Virus record (IMG/VR): IMGVR_UViG_3300047160_000980
Coordinates: 5,947-69,946 of that record
DNA from: a virus
Lineage: Duplodnaviria; Caudoviricetes
DNA: 64,000 bases
Strand: one strand, 5' to 3'
In this document: positions 37,986-45,182 of the stretch, one piece after another
How the letters are laid out: the number at the start of each line of letters is the position of its first letter
Numbering within the stretch: position 1 is the first letter of the stretch
Notes under the pieces: model-generated
The model's input: the letters and a program-made list of their open reading frames with translations, nothing else
Database searches by the model: none
What the model was told of the DNA's origin: nothing
Translations under genes and position numbers: made by a program

Positions 37986-38209
37986 TCGGTTAATCTTTCA
38001 ATGATGTAACCGTTGTCATAAGACTGACGATACAGAACGTCATTCACACCGCCGTCATTTTTACCTGTCTTTGGATTGATGTAGAAATGCGACGGTAAAT
38101 TCTCACCGCCCCAAACATGTGATTTGGTTATTTCAACCACATGCTCCTGACCCTCAGGACAGGTTATTTTGAAGCGACCTTTTGTTTGCATTTTTCTTGC
38201 ACCAAACAT
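37982..38209 (-). CDS. Hypothetical protein
   Basis: Small ORF; true start probably MQTK. Confidence 0.5.
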   Translation of the reverse strand: MFGARKMQTKGRFKITCPEGQEHVVEITKSHVWGGENLPSHFYINPKTGKNDGGVNDVLYRQSYDNGYIIERLTD

Positions 38210-38502
38210 TGACGTTCAAACTCCGCTGGATATTTTGCGATCCAACGTTGGCGTCTTTCACATTCGCGTTTGCCATGACGTTCAGGAAGATATTTACTCT
38301 TGCCGGCAGCCGTCGAATGATACCAAAACTTTGCAGGTACTTTGAAGGCACCCAGCGATTCATAGATGTAATTGGCTAGTGTATCCTTGCGTTGTGAAGC
38401 CTGCATGGCCGCAATCTGCTCCATCACCTGCTCTGGTGTCATCGGAACTTCTTGCTGTTCTACCTCTTCAACAGCACCCGTCACGTTTTCATTCTGATCC
38501 AT
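38164..38502 (-). CDS. Hypothetical protein
   Basis: 112-aa ORF with RBS. Confidence 0.6.
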   Translation of the reverse strand: MDQNENVTGAVEEVEQQEVPMTPEQVMEQIAAMQASQRKDTLANYIYESLGAFKVPAKFWYHSTAAGKSKYLPERHGKRECERRQRWIAKYPAEFERQCLVQEKCKQKVASK

Positions 38503-38689
38503 GTTTCACCGTCTCCACTCTAACGATAATGTCTCCATCATAAGAGACAGGATTTTGCTGTGCAACGTAGAACGATTTGTTCAAATTAGGAACGACAACA
38601 TGACTACCAAACACAACACCTAAAAATTCATCGGCATCTTTTGTTTCATTGAAGCCTTCGATAATCACTCTAGCCATATGTTTCTCCAA
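38489..38689 (-). CDS. Hypothetical protein
   Basis: Small ORF with GGAG RBS. Confidence 0.55.
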   Translation of the reverse strand: MEKHMARVIIEGFNETKDADEFLGVVFGSHVVVPNLNKSFYVAQQNPVSYDGDIIVRVETVKHGSE

Positions 38690-38695
38690 AAGTAA

Positions 38696-38908
38696 AATGG
38701 CAGCCGTAACCAGGATTCTGTTCTATACTATGATTCATCTTTGCCCCGACCCGAAGTCTCCCCGAGTAGGATCGACAACTTCTGTTTGGGTTGCTCCACC
38801 CTCGTTTCAGTTTGATCGACTTTCGTCTCCTGAATTGCGGGTAAGGTCACTCTGTGGAGTCCTGAGTTTCCTCTGACCTATTCGATCAGCCATAGTTCGC
38901 TTGCCATT
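38696..38908 (-). ncRNA. rnpB: RNase P RNA, minimal (catalytic domain present, S-domain strongly reduced, no P18)
   Basis: P1 AATGGCA/TGCCATT; P2 ACTATG/CATAGT; P3; GAGGAAACTCAGG and ACAGAATCCTGGTTA forming P4 with a bulged U; CTCCAC/GTGGAG followed by CAA; P6 GAGTG/TACTC; L15 GGU; AGATGAAT. Confidence 0.85.
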
Positions 38909-38996
38909 CATAAAGCACGTAAATCAAATAACACATTCCCAACATGATTACAGTATAACAAATGTACCACCCAAAGTTATTGGTTGGCCGTCTCAT
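38886..38996 (-). CDS. 36-aa single-TM peptide overlapping the 5' end of rnpB
   Basis: AAGGAG RBS; MRRPTNNFGWYICYTVIMLGMCYLIYVLYEWQANYG*. Confidence 0.45.
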   Translation of the reverse strand: MRRPTNNFGWYICYTVIMLGMCYLIYVLYEWQANYG

Positions 38997-39010
38997 TTGT
39001 CTCCTTGAAT

Positions 39011-39084
39011 TGGTAGACCGCCAAGGTATTGAACCTTGTTCTGTAGGTTAAGAGCCTATTGCATCACCTTAATGCTTGCGGTCC
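39011..39084 (-). tRNA. tRNA-Lys(CUU)
   Basis: Loop CTCTTAA, GTTCAA, CCA; one mismatch in the anticodon stem. Confidence 0.9.
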
Positions 39085-39650
39085 GATGAAATCAATGCTT
39101 GTGGAACTTGAGGTACTAACATCGGATTGTTTGGATCGGGTTCGATCTTCGGGAACCTGTCTCTCAAAAGATCCGATCGAATTTCGTATGTGTCATCCTC
39201 GTCAGGGAAATCTGGAATTGGTCCGTCATGTGCTTTCTTACCATCAGGTTTCTTCTTTGAGAAGATTACACGTCCACCTTTAAGCTTTCGAGCCTTTGCC
39301 GCATTCAATTGTTCTTCCATGTTCTTGGAATATGGAATCAGATACAATCTGGAATGAGCACCTTCGTTGACCCAAACCTCGAACGAATTCTTTTTACCGT
39401 CTTTGGCGATCAACCGTGAATCCAGATATTCAAAGGTCTCTGGTAACTGGTGTGGATATGAAATTCCAATCGACCCTAAGAAGATATTGAATGAAAAGAA
39501 CGCGACAATGAATGCCAAAGGAATTGCCGCAAACTTCAAACCATATCGATCAGGTGTCTTGATGTAGACATAGGCCGTGAAAGCCGTCAAACCAACGATC
39601 CAAAGAATGAACGGGAGAAGCAACCAAAGTAATTGAAGTAGTTGCATCAT
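39069..39650 (-). CDS. Membrane protein, third gene of the MotA-like module
   Basis: Two to three TM segments, then a soluble domain; ATGA coupling. Confidence 0.65.
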   Translation of the reverse strand: MMQLLQLLWLLLPFILWIVGLTAFTAYVYIKTPDRYGLKFAAIPLAFIVAFFSFNIFLGSIGISYPHQLPETFEYLDSRLIAKDGKKNSFEVWVNEGAHSRLYLIPYSKNMEEQLNAAKARKLKGGRVIFSKKKPDGKKAHDGPIPDFPDEDDTYEIRSDLLRDRFPKIEPDPNNPMLVPQVPQALISSDRKH

Positions 39651-40351
39651 CTGTCTCCCGGACCCATCATTTGAGGAGCCACACCTTCACCGGACTTGAT
39701 TCCTTCTTTACGAATGTAATCATGAATAAAATCATCGACTGCATCCTTTTCGATGGTGACGTCACCATTCGAATCGACGTTGAATACGATTGCCGTGTTA
39801 ACCTCGTCTTCCTGCGTCACAGTGATTTCGGCTTGTTGAATATCGACCACTACAGGATTCAATCTGGTCAATGTGACTTTGATCTTGTACGGTAAAGGAG
39901 TCGGTGTTTGAATTCCATTCCAATCTGTACGAACCTTGTACATGTGGGTCGCGACAGAATATCTTCCCGAAACCACTGCCCGAATCGTGATGATTTCTTT
40001 TCGTTCGGCAAACAGGGCTCTTGTGCCATCTTCTTTCACATATGAATCGGTGATCGATCCCTGATCGTCACGTTCCAATGTCGCATAGCCAGCATCCTTT
40101 TGCTTGAAGCAAACTACTCGGTCATCAGGCAGACGCATCCATAGATCAATGTCATCGTATGAATTGTCAGGCCAGGTCAGAGTAATGATGTACTCTGCCT
40201 TTAGCTTTACGGACTTGGCTTCGTTTTGCTGTGGATGAACCTGTGCATATGCGAGAATGAACAGGAACATCGCTCCCATGAACATGTTAAACAACATGTC
40301 CCAAATCAGAATCGTCGATGAAAACTTCCCGTATCTATTCCGCATAGCCAA
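39647..40351 (-). CDS. Single-TM protein with an Asp in the TM (MotB/ExbD-like anchor) and a YfaP-like beta domain
   Basis: WDMLFNMFMGAMFLFIL; LTWPD...DIDLWM.LPD; LERDDQG; EIITIR. Confidence 0.6.
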   Translation of the reverse strand: MAMRNRYGKFSSTILIWDMLFNMFMGAMFLFILAYAQVHPQQNEAKSVKLKAEYIITLTWPDNSYDDIDLWMRLPDDRVVCFKQKDAGYATLERDDQGSITDSYVKEDGTRALFAERKEIITIRAVVSGRYSVATHMYKVRTDWNGIQTPTPLPYKIKVTLTRLNPVVVDIQQAEITVTQEDEVNTAIVFNVDSNGDVTIEKDAVDDFIHDYIRKEGIKSGEGVAPQMMGPGDR

Positions 40352-40805
40352 TCTCGTTTTCTAGGTTAACGAGTTGGGTTCTCAACAGATAGCAACAAAC
40401 CAATCCGACTAAGGTCGTCACACATGATGTTGAAAGTCCTAAAGCCGAATTCATCAGAAACTCCGGAGACACAACCCCGCTCGACAAAGTTCCTGATGCG
40501 CCATGCAACATGTACATGAATCCAACGATAGTTCCGGCCATGCCTGAAACCATCATCAATTCCGAAACAAACCAACTTGCATGTAATGGTGCCTTGAAAT
40601 ACGAAACGTCATTCGATTCTCGGGACTTCGCCGACAACCAACCTACATACAATGACCAACCAAAATAACCTGCCATAGTCACAAAACTCAAATGGCTTTT
40701 ATCAACATCCCACAGCATTTGCATGATGCCCAAGAACCACATCATTGTAACTGCGGCGATACTTCCACAAAACACAAAGAACCATTTGAGGCTAGGCTTT
40801 AGCAT
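40335..40805 (-). CDS. MotA/TolQ/ExbB proton channel family protein
   Basis: GMAGTIVGF...GLSTSCVTTLVGL paired TM motifs. Confidence 0.7.
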   Translation of the reverse strand: MLKPSLKWFFVFCGSIAAVTMMWFLGIMQMLWDVDKSHLSFVTMAGYFGWSLYVGWLSAKSRESNDVSYFKAPLHASWFVSELMMVSGMAGTIVGFMYMLHGASGTLSSGVVSPEFLMNSALGLSTSCVTTLVGLVCCYLLRTQLVNLENEIGYAE

Positions 40806-40822
40806 GCTATCTCCTTAAAAAC

Positions 40823-40900
40823 TGGCACGTCCGGTAGGATTTGAACCCACGATTGTCCCGGGTAGAAGCCGGGTGCATTTGTCCACTCTGCCACGGACGC
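40823..40900 (-). tRNA. tRNA-Arg(UCU)
   Basis: CCCGG-CTTCTAC-CCGGG anticodon arm, CCA. Confidence 0.92.
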
Positions 40901-40902
40901 AT

Positions 40903-40976
40903 TGGAGCCACTGACAGGACTCGAACCTGCATAGACTCCTTAGGACGGAGTTGCACTTCCATTGTGCGACAGTGAC
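40903..40976 (-). tRNA. tRNA-Arg(CCU)
   Basis: ACTCC-GTCCTAA-GGAGT anticodon arm, CCA. Confidence 0.9.
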
Positions 40977-40982
40977 AAAATT

Positions 40983-41057
40983 TGGCACCACTAGTAGGAG
41001 TCGAACCCACCTCTCGACGTTCGAAGCGTCGGATCCTTTCCGATGAACGATAGTGGT
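40983..41057 (-). tRNA. tRNA-Arg(UCG)
   Basis: CGACG-CTTCGAA-CGTCG anticodon arm, CCA. Confidence 0.92.
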
Positions 41058-41083
41058 ACTGTTATTTATTCGACTACAAGTCC

Positions 41084-41383
41084 TTATCCTTTAGAGGGTT
41101 CAAAAGGTTCAATGCCCCAAACGTCACCATTTTCCTTAATCTTTCTATCTTCGTATGGGGCCACCTTGCGTCGATAGAATTCCAACTTCGCACATTCGAA
41201 TGCCTTCACTACATCCGAAAGCGTGTTATAGGATTCACCGTGCTTGGACAAATACATCTTGGCAAGACAGGTCATCAAATAATTCAAATCTCCATTAGAA
41301 ATCCCACCAGAATTCACTGTCTGCTGCAGGGTATCCAGTATAGTAATGAATCGTTTCTTGTCCTCATGCTTAATATAGGGCAT
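41084..41383 (-). CDS. DUF6899-like protein
   Basis: MPYIK...GDLNY...ECAKLEFYRR..APYED.KI.ENGDV. Confidence 0.7.
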   Translation of the reverse strand: MPYIKHEDKKRFITILDTLQQTVNSGGISNGDLNYLMTCLAKMYLSKHGESYNTLSDVVKAFECAKLEFYRRKVAPYEDRKIKENGDVWGIEPFEPSKG

Positions 41384-42113
41384 ACTCTTTCTCCAGATAC
41401 TCCTTCATGAATGTGTAACGATCATACTCCTGATGCGTTTCGGCAACAACATCAACGCATGTTTTGCACAATAATGGTTCGACCTTTGAAACAAATGTCG
41501 GCGGATTCTTTTTGAACACCGCACCACACATGTTACAAAGATATTTTCCATCAACTCCATGATTGCCGTAAATGTCTTTACGAAGAATTCCGAATGGCAA
41601 TTTTTGCATGTAATGGTATAAGGATTCGAAGTCCAAGAAGCAATGCGTTGCCAGACCTTGCAACCATCCGGGAATGTGACCTTGTGTAAATGCCGAAACC
41701 AAGAACAATGGTTTATTCAACAAGTATGTGAACTGACATTCACCTAAAGTTCCGGCGCCGCGTTGCACACTTTCGTCATAATAGACGATGACGGCATCGG
41801 CCTCGTTCCGAATCAATTCCAAATCAGCATGGATGAAATGCTTACGAATAACCGACTTCGAAAGCCAATGCTTGCGAGTGGTCGGAGACGAATCCATGAT
41901 ATCTTTGTAATTCACATGGCCGTGTTTTGCCGAATAAGCCTTGTCCATTGCCGTAATGTCAAGAGGGACGTAACCCATTGCAACCAATTCGCGACTTGCA
42001 TGGAGTCTCCAACTTTCGCCAAGGTCTTTGGAAAATTGCATGCCCCCCGACAGGTAAATGGCCCCACGATGTTTTCGAGGGGCCATTTTCTCTATGGCTA
42101 TATCTTCACTCAT
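41370..42113 (-). CDS. Nucleoside 2-deoxyribosyltransferase-like protein with a C-terminal Zn ribbon
   Basis: IYLSGGM...WR...D..LI...DAVIVY...GT.GE; CNMC...CKTC. Confidence 0.65.
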   Translation of the reverse strand: MSEDIAIEKMAPRKHRGAIYLSGGMQFSKDLGESWRLHASRELVAMGYVPLDITAMDKAYSAKHGHVNYKDIMDSSPTTRKHWLSKSVIRKHFIHADLELIRNEADAVIVYYDESVQRGAGTLGECQFTYLLNKPLFLVSAFTQGHIPGWLQGLATHCFLDFESLYHYMQKLPFGILRKDIYGNHGVDGKYLCNMCGAVFKKNPPTFVSKVEPLLCKTCVDVVAETHQEYDRYTFMKEYLEKEYALY

Positions 42114-43024
42114 TTAATCTCCGTATCAAGCAACAGAACTGGATCGAATGCCTTATCGTGATAACCTCTTGCTTTCGTCACCACTACAGTATCACCAACT
42201 TCTGTGCGTTTGTGGTCGTGTGTATGACCATGAAACCACACATCGATCTTCTTATCATTGTCAAGAATCAGATTGTCCAATTGCGCCGTTGCATAGGCAA
42301 AATCGACATAGTCCATCGTGCCACCACGACGCTGTGGGTTCGCATGATTCATGATTGGTGCATGATGCGTCATGACAATTAACGGCATGTCGGTCGTATG
42401 AGCCTGAATTTCCTTTGTCAGAAAATCCTTGGCCACATCGAACAAATCAGCCGTATCATCCGGAATCAGACGACGAAAGACAGGATCAAGTTCTGTGGGA
42501 TCATTCGTAATCTTGCCGATGTAAAAATAATCATTCATATTGCGTTGAACGACATTCATCACCGTTGAATCACGTTTTTTAAGATCCGTCCACATCACAG
42601 TTCCGACGATCTTCACTGTATCGTCAAGCACGATGGTTTCATTTTCTAGAACGGTAAGGTTCTTAATATGAGCCGTCATTTCTTTGAAATTGGTGAACGC
42701 ATGATCTATCACTTCGTTGTAAAACTCATGGTTCCCAAAAATCAAAACAACGTGCTTGTAGTTTGCACAGATCGTTTCCAAATTATTCATCACTGGGCTT
42801 TTTGCCCGACCGATTTCCGGCTTGCCTTCCGCATCAATCCCCACGATGATTTCACGCCGAACAAATGCCTGAACCTCGGCAGTGTCGCCGGCGATCAATA
42901 GTGTATCGTTTTTGTGATCTTCGAAGAAAGGAGCATTCTTGTCATGATCGACAAGCTTGCCTGTTTGATCGCGCATTAGAGGATTGATATCCAAATGCAA
43001 ATCACTTGTGCCATAGATTTTCAT
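42110..43024 (-). CDS. Calcineurin-like metallophosphoesterase
   Basis: SDLH, AGD, GNHEFY, THHAP, HGHTH. Confidence 0.9.
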   Translation of the reverse strand: MKIYGTSDLHLDINPLMRDQTGKLVDHDKNAPFFEDHKNDTLLIAGDTAEVQAFVRREIIVGIDAEGKPEIGRAKSPVMNNLETICANYKHVVLIFGNHEFYNEVIDHAFTNFKEMTAHIKNLTVLENETIVLDDTVKIVGTVMWTDLKKRDSTVMNVVQRNMNDYFYIGKITNDPTELDPVFRRLIPDDTADLFDVAKDFLTKEIQAHTTDMPLIVMTHHAPIMNHANPQRRGGTMDYVDFAYATAQLDNLILDNDKKIDVWFHGHTHDHKRTEVGDTVVVTKARGYHDKAFDPVLLLDTEIK

Positions 43025-43155
43025 TTTATCCTCTCATGAAATAGTAGTAAAGTAGTAAGGATTTCAGTCTACAGAAACCCAAACGAAAACTCTAAGGCCG
43101 GAGAAAATTGAGTGCCTACCTCAATCGCGGGGGCCTGTTTCCGCGTCTCCTGAGT

Positions 43156-43231
43156 TGGTAGTACCGGTCAGAATCAAACTGACATGTTCTCCCGTATGAA
43201 GGGAGCGCTTCCATCATTCGGCCACGGTACC
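43156..43231 (-). tRNA. tRNA-Met(CAU), elongator-like
   Basis: CTCCC-TTCATAC-GGGAG anticodon arm, CCA. Confidence 0.88.
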
Positions 43232-43240
43232 CTTGTACAA

Positions 43241-43348
43241 TGGATGCGGGTGTGGGAGTCGAACCCACTATCGTGACCTTATGAGAGTCACATGATACGG
43301 CGATCAGTTGCTAAGCAACCTTAGGCCCTTCCGTTTCACTCTCCCGCA
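43241..43348 (-). tRNA. tRNA(CAU) (Met or Ile2) with a 40-nt D-loop
   Basis: Acceptor TGCGGG/CCCGCA, D-stem GTGA/TCAT, anticodon arm TGACT-CTCATAA-GGTCA, T-arm GTGGG-TTCGACT-CCCAC, CCA; 108 nt in total. Confidence 0.75.
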
Positions 43349-43354
43349 ATTGAC

Positions 43355-43431
43355 TGGTATCACCTAGAGGATTTGAACCTCTGTGGGCCACTTTCGTAGA
43401 GTGGTGCCTAAGTCCGCTCGGCCAAGGTGAC
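43355..43431 (-). tRNA. tRNA-Arg(ACG)
   Basis: CCACT-CTACGAA-AGTGG anticodon arm, CCA. Confidence 0.92.
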
Positions 43432-43573
43432 ATAAAAGTTTGCAGACGACTTAATGATAGCTTTGCACTATCGCCACGACACGATGGCTTCGCCTGCGAT
43501 GTTCATTGACCCATATGCTAGGATGAGTCTTTAGATTTAGGGCCTAGCACCCACTGATGAACTATTTATGCGA

Positions 43574-44053
43574 TTACAGACCGGCCTTCTTGAGAATGGC
43601 CAGCACGTCAGGATCTTCTTCTCCTGCAGGAGTTTCCTCGATCACTTCTGCAACCGACTTCGGATTCTTTGGCTTGCGCTTCGACTTCGAAGCCGCAACC
43701 TTCACCTCTTCTTGCACCGTTTCGGCAGCGGCAATGACTTCAACAGGCTTTTCTGTTTCGGTCTTTTCCTTCTTGATAGCCGTCACGGTTGCTTTTGCCT
43801 TCTTGGTTGTCGTCGCGACAACAGGCTTGCTTTCTGCCTTGCCATCTAGCAAACGATAACCGACAACATCGCGACCCTTACGAACGGATTCGATGTTCAT
43901 GCCCTCTGCCTTCAAGTCCTTCAACAGGGCACGCCAATACGCGGCACCGACTGTCGAATGTACTTGCTTCGGCGTCAGCACCTTACCCTTATTGCTTTTG
44001 AGATATTCACGCAAAGCATTCTTGCGTTCTTTAGCTACTTGTGGTCTTGCCAT
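43574..44053 (-). CDS. Winged-helix-like domain plus a Lys/Glu/Ala-rich tail (putative DNA-binding early protein)
   Basis: N-terminal domain shared with the AAA+ ATPase at 55549-56958 (YWRAL.K.L...GMNIE..R.GR.VVGY). Confidence 0.65.
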   Translation of the reverse strand: MARPQVAKERKNALREYLKSNKGKVLTPKQVHSTVGAAYWRALLKDLKAEGMNIESVRKGRDVVGYRLLDGKAESKPVVATTTKKAKATVTAIKKEKTETEKPVEVIAAAETVQEEVKVAASKSKRKPKNPKSVAEVIEETPAGEEDPDVLAILKKAGL

Positions 44054-44077
44054 ATTTACACTCCTTAGATAATGAAA

Positions 44078-44284
44078 TTATTCACTAACCCAAACAGGTT
44101 GAAAGAAATGCGACACTACGGTTTCTTTCGATTCTACTGCCGATTCAGTTTCCGTTTTCAAAAACGCCAGAGCCTTGCTCTGATGCCCCTTGCCCATGAA
44201 CGTTTCTTCCGTTTCACGTTGCGACCCATCGTTGATTTCATTGCGTTTGAAAACGACGAACACTCGCGTACCAAATTCGGTCAT
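44078..44284 (-). CDS. Hypothetical protein
   Basis: RBS AGGAG; promoter at 44309-44337. Confidence 0.6.
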   Translation of the reverse strand: MTEFGTRVFVVFKRNEINDGSQRETEETFMGKGHQSKALAFLKTETESAVESKETVVSHFFQPVWVSE

Positions 44285-44308
44285 TGCTTTCTCCTATTTG
44301 ACCTGACT

Positions 44309-44337
44309 AGTATAACAGACTATGCACCGATTGTCAA
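44309..44337 (-). promoter_or_regulatory. Sigma70-type promoter
   Basis: TTGACA-17nt-TATACT. Confidence 0.8.
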
Positions 44338-44556
44338 CGCACGACTAAAAGGGATTCGGCGAATCTTAGACACCTTGAACAGATCGCCCGAAAACTCACC
44401 CGCGTCAACGCGATGCTCGCGCAATTCTTTCACCGTTTGCTTCGCGCTTGCGTGCGAGTTACAAACAATGTGCGCGTTCTGCACTTTGCCCGTGAACGGG
44501 CCTGTAAGAAACGTCTTGGTGTATACGACGAGAACCTTCACTAATCGACTCCTCAC
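44320..44556 (-). CDS. Hypothetical protein
   Basis: 78-aa ORF behind a promoter-like region. Confidence 0.55.
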   Translation of the reverse strand: MRSRLVKVLVVYTKTFLTGPFTGKVQNAHIVCNSHASAKQTVKELREHRVDAGEFSGDLFKVSKIRRIPFSRALTIGA

Positions 44557-44662
44557 GTTTAGGGAAGTATAATTCTAACACGAATCGGAGAATGCTGTCT
44601 AATTGTTTTTTCTTATTAAGACTCACGGGTTCATAACTAAAAATTTGCAACAAATGCCTTTA

Positions 44663-44712
44663 AAATCAAGAACTTAGAATACCTAAAAACTCCAATGAAA
44701 TCAATGACTTAG
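44663..44712. repeat. Two copies of the AAATCAA(T/G)(G/A)ACTTAG motif
   Basis: 44663-44677 and 44698-44712; related copies at 57034-57084 and 59778-59792. Confidence 0.7.
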
Positions 44713-45020
44713 TCCTCTGTGAGAAAACTCTTTCCGAGAGCATCCGCAAGCATGGGGTTGTTCGTTTCGAGAACCACATTGGATCCAAAGTACCGATCAA
44801 ACGTCTTGACTAGATGAACATAATCACCTGAGGTCATTTCCATTTGAATCTTTCTGTCATTCAAACCTGCTTGTTTAGCCAATTGACGGGCCGCAGCCAA
44901 AAGACAAAAGGCGTTTCCATCCGGACCATCCAAATCAATGACCAGGGTTTGTTCCAAGGACTTTCGTTTAATCGTCATTGTCAATTTCCTCATAAGTTTC
45001 GAAAGGTTTTGTAGTACCAA
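44709..45020 (-). CDS. Hypothetical protein
   Basis: IDLDGPDGNAF.LL..A..LA.Q....I..EM.SGDY.HL conserved-looking small phage protein. Confidence 0.65.
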   Translation of the reverse strand: MVLQNLSKLMRKLTMTIKRKSLEQTLVIDLDGPDGNAFCLLAAARQLAKQAGLNDRKIQMEMTSGDYVHLVKTFDRYFGSNVVLETNNPMLADALGKSFLTED

Positions 45021-45180
45021 AAATCTTCATCGATGCAGACTCTTTTAACCAACCCTTGTTATGCACCACTTCCAACATCGTTGACATTCCTGTAGTCACA
45101 CCGTTCTTCCAAGAAAACCAAACACAAAACGGAATGATTAATAGAATTGCCAGATACTCGTTTGAGATAAAATCGAACAT
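44968..45180 (-). CDS. Small membrane protein
   Basis: N-terminal TM. Confidence 0.55.
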   Translation of the reverse strand: MFDFISNEYLAILLIIPFCVWFSWKNGVTTGMSTMLEVVHNKGWLKESASMKIFGTTKPFETYEEIDNDD

Positions 45181-45182
45181 GT

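Noticed and set aside
38649-38876. 75-aa plus-strand ORF
   Set aside because: It is antisense to the RNase P RNA; the structural RNA explains the region.
39069-40805. Zorya defence system
   Set aside because: No long ZorA tail, no OmpA-like ZorB domain and no ZorC/D/E genes.
43554-43560. Hammerhead ribozyme (CTGATGA on the plus strand)
   Set aside because: No downstream stem II-GAAA or matching stems were found.
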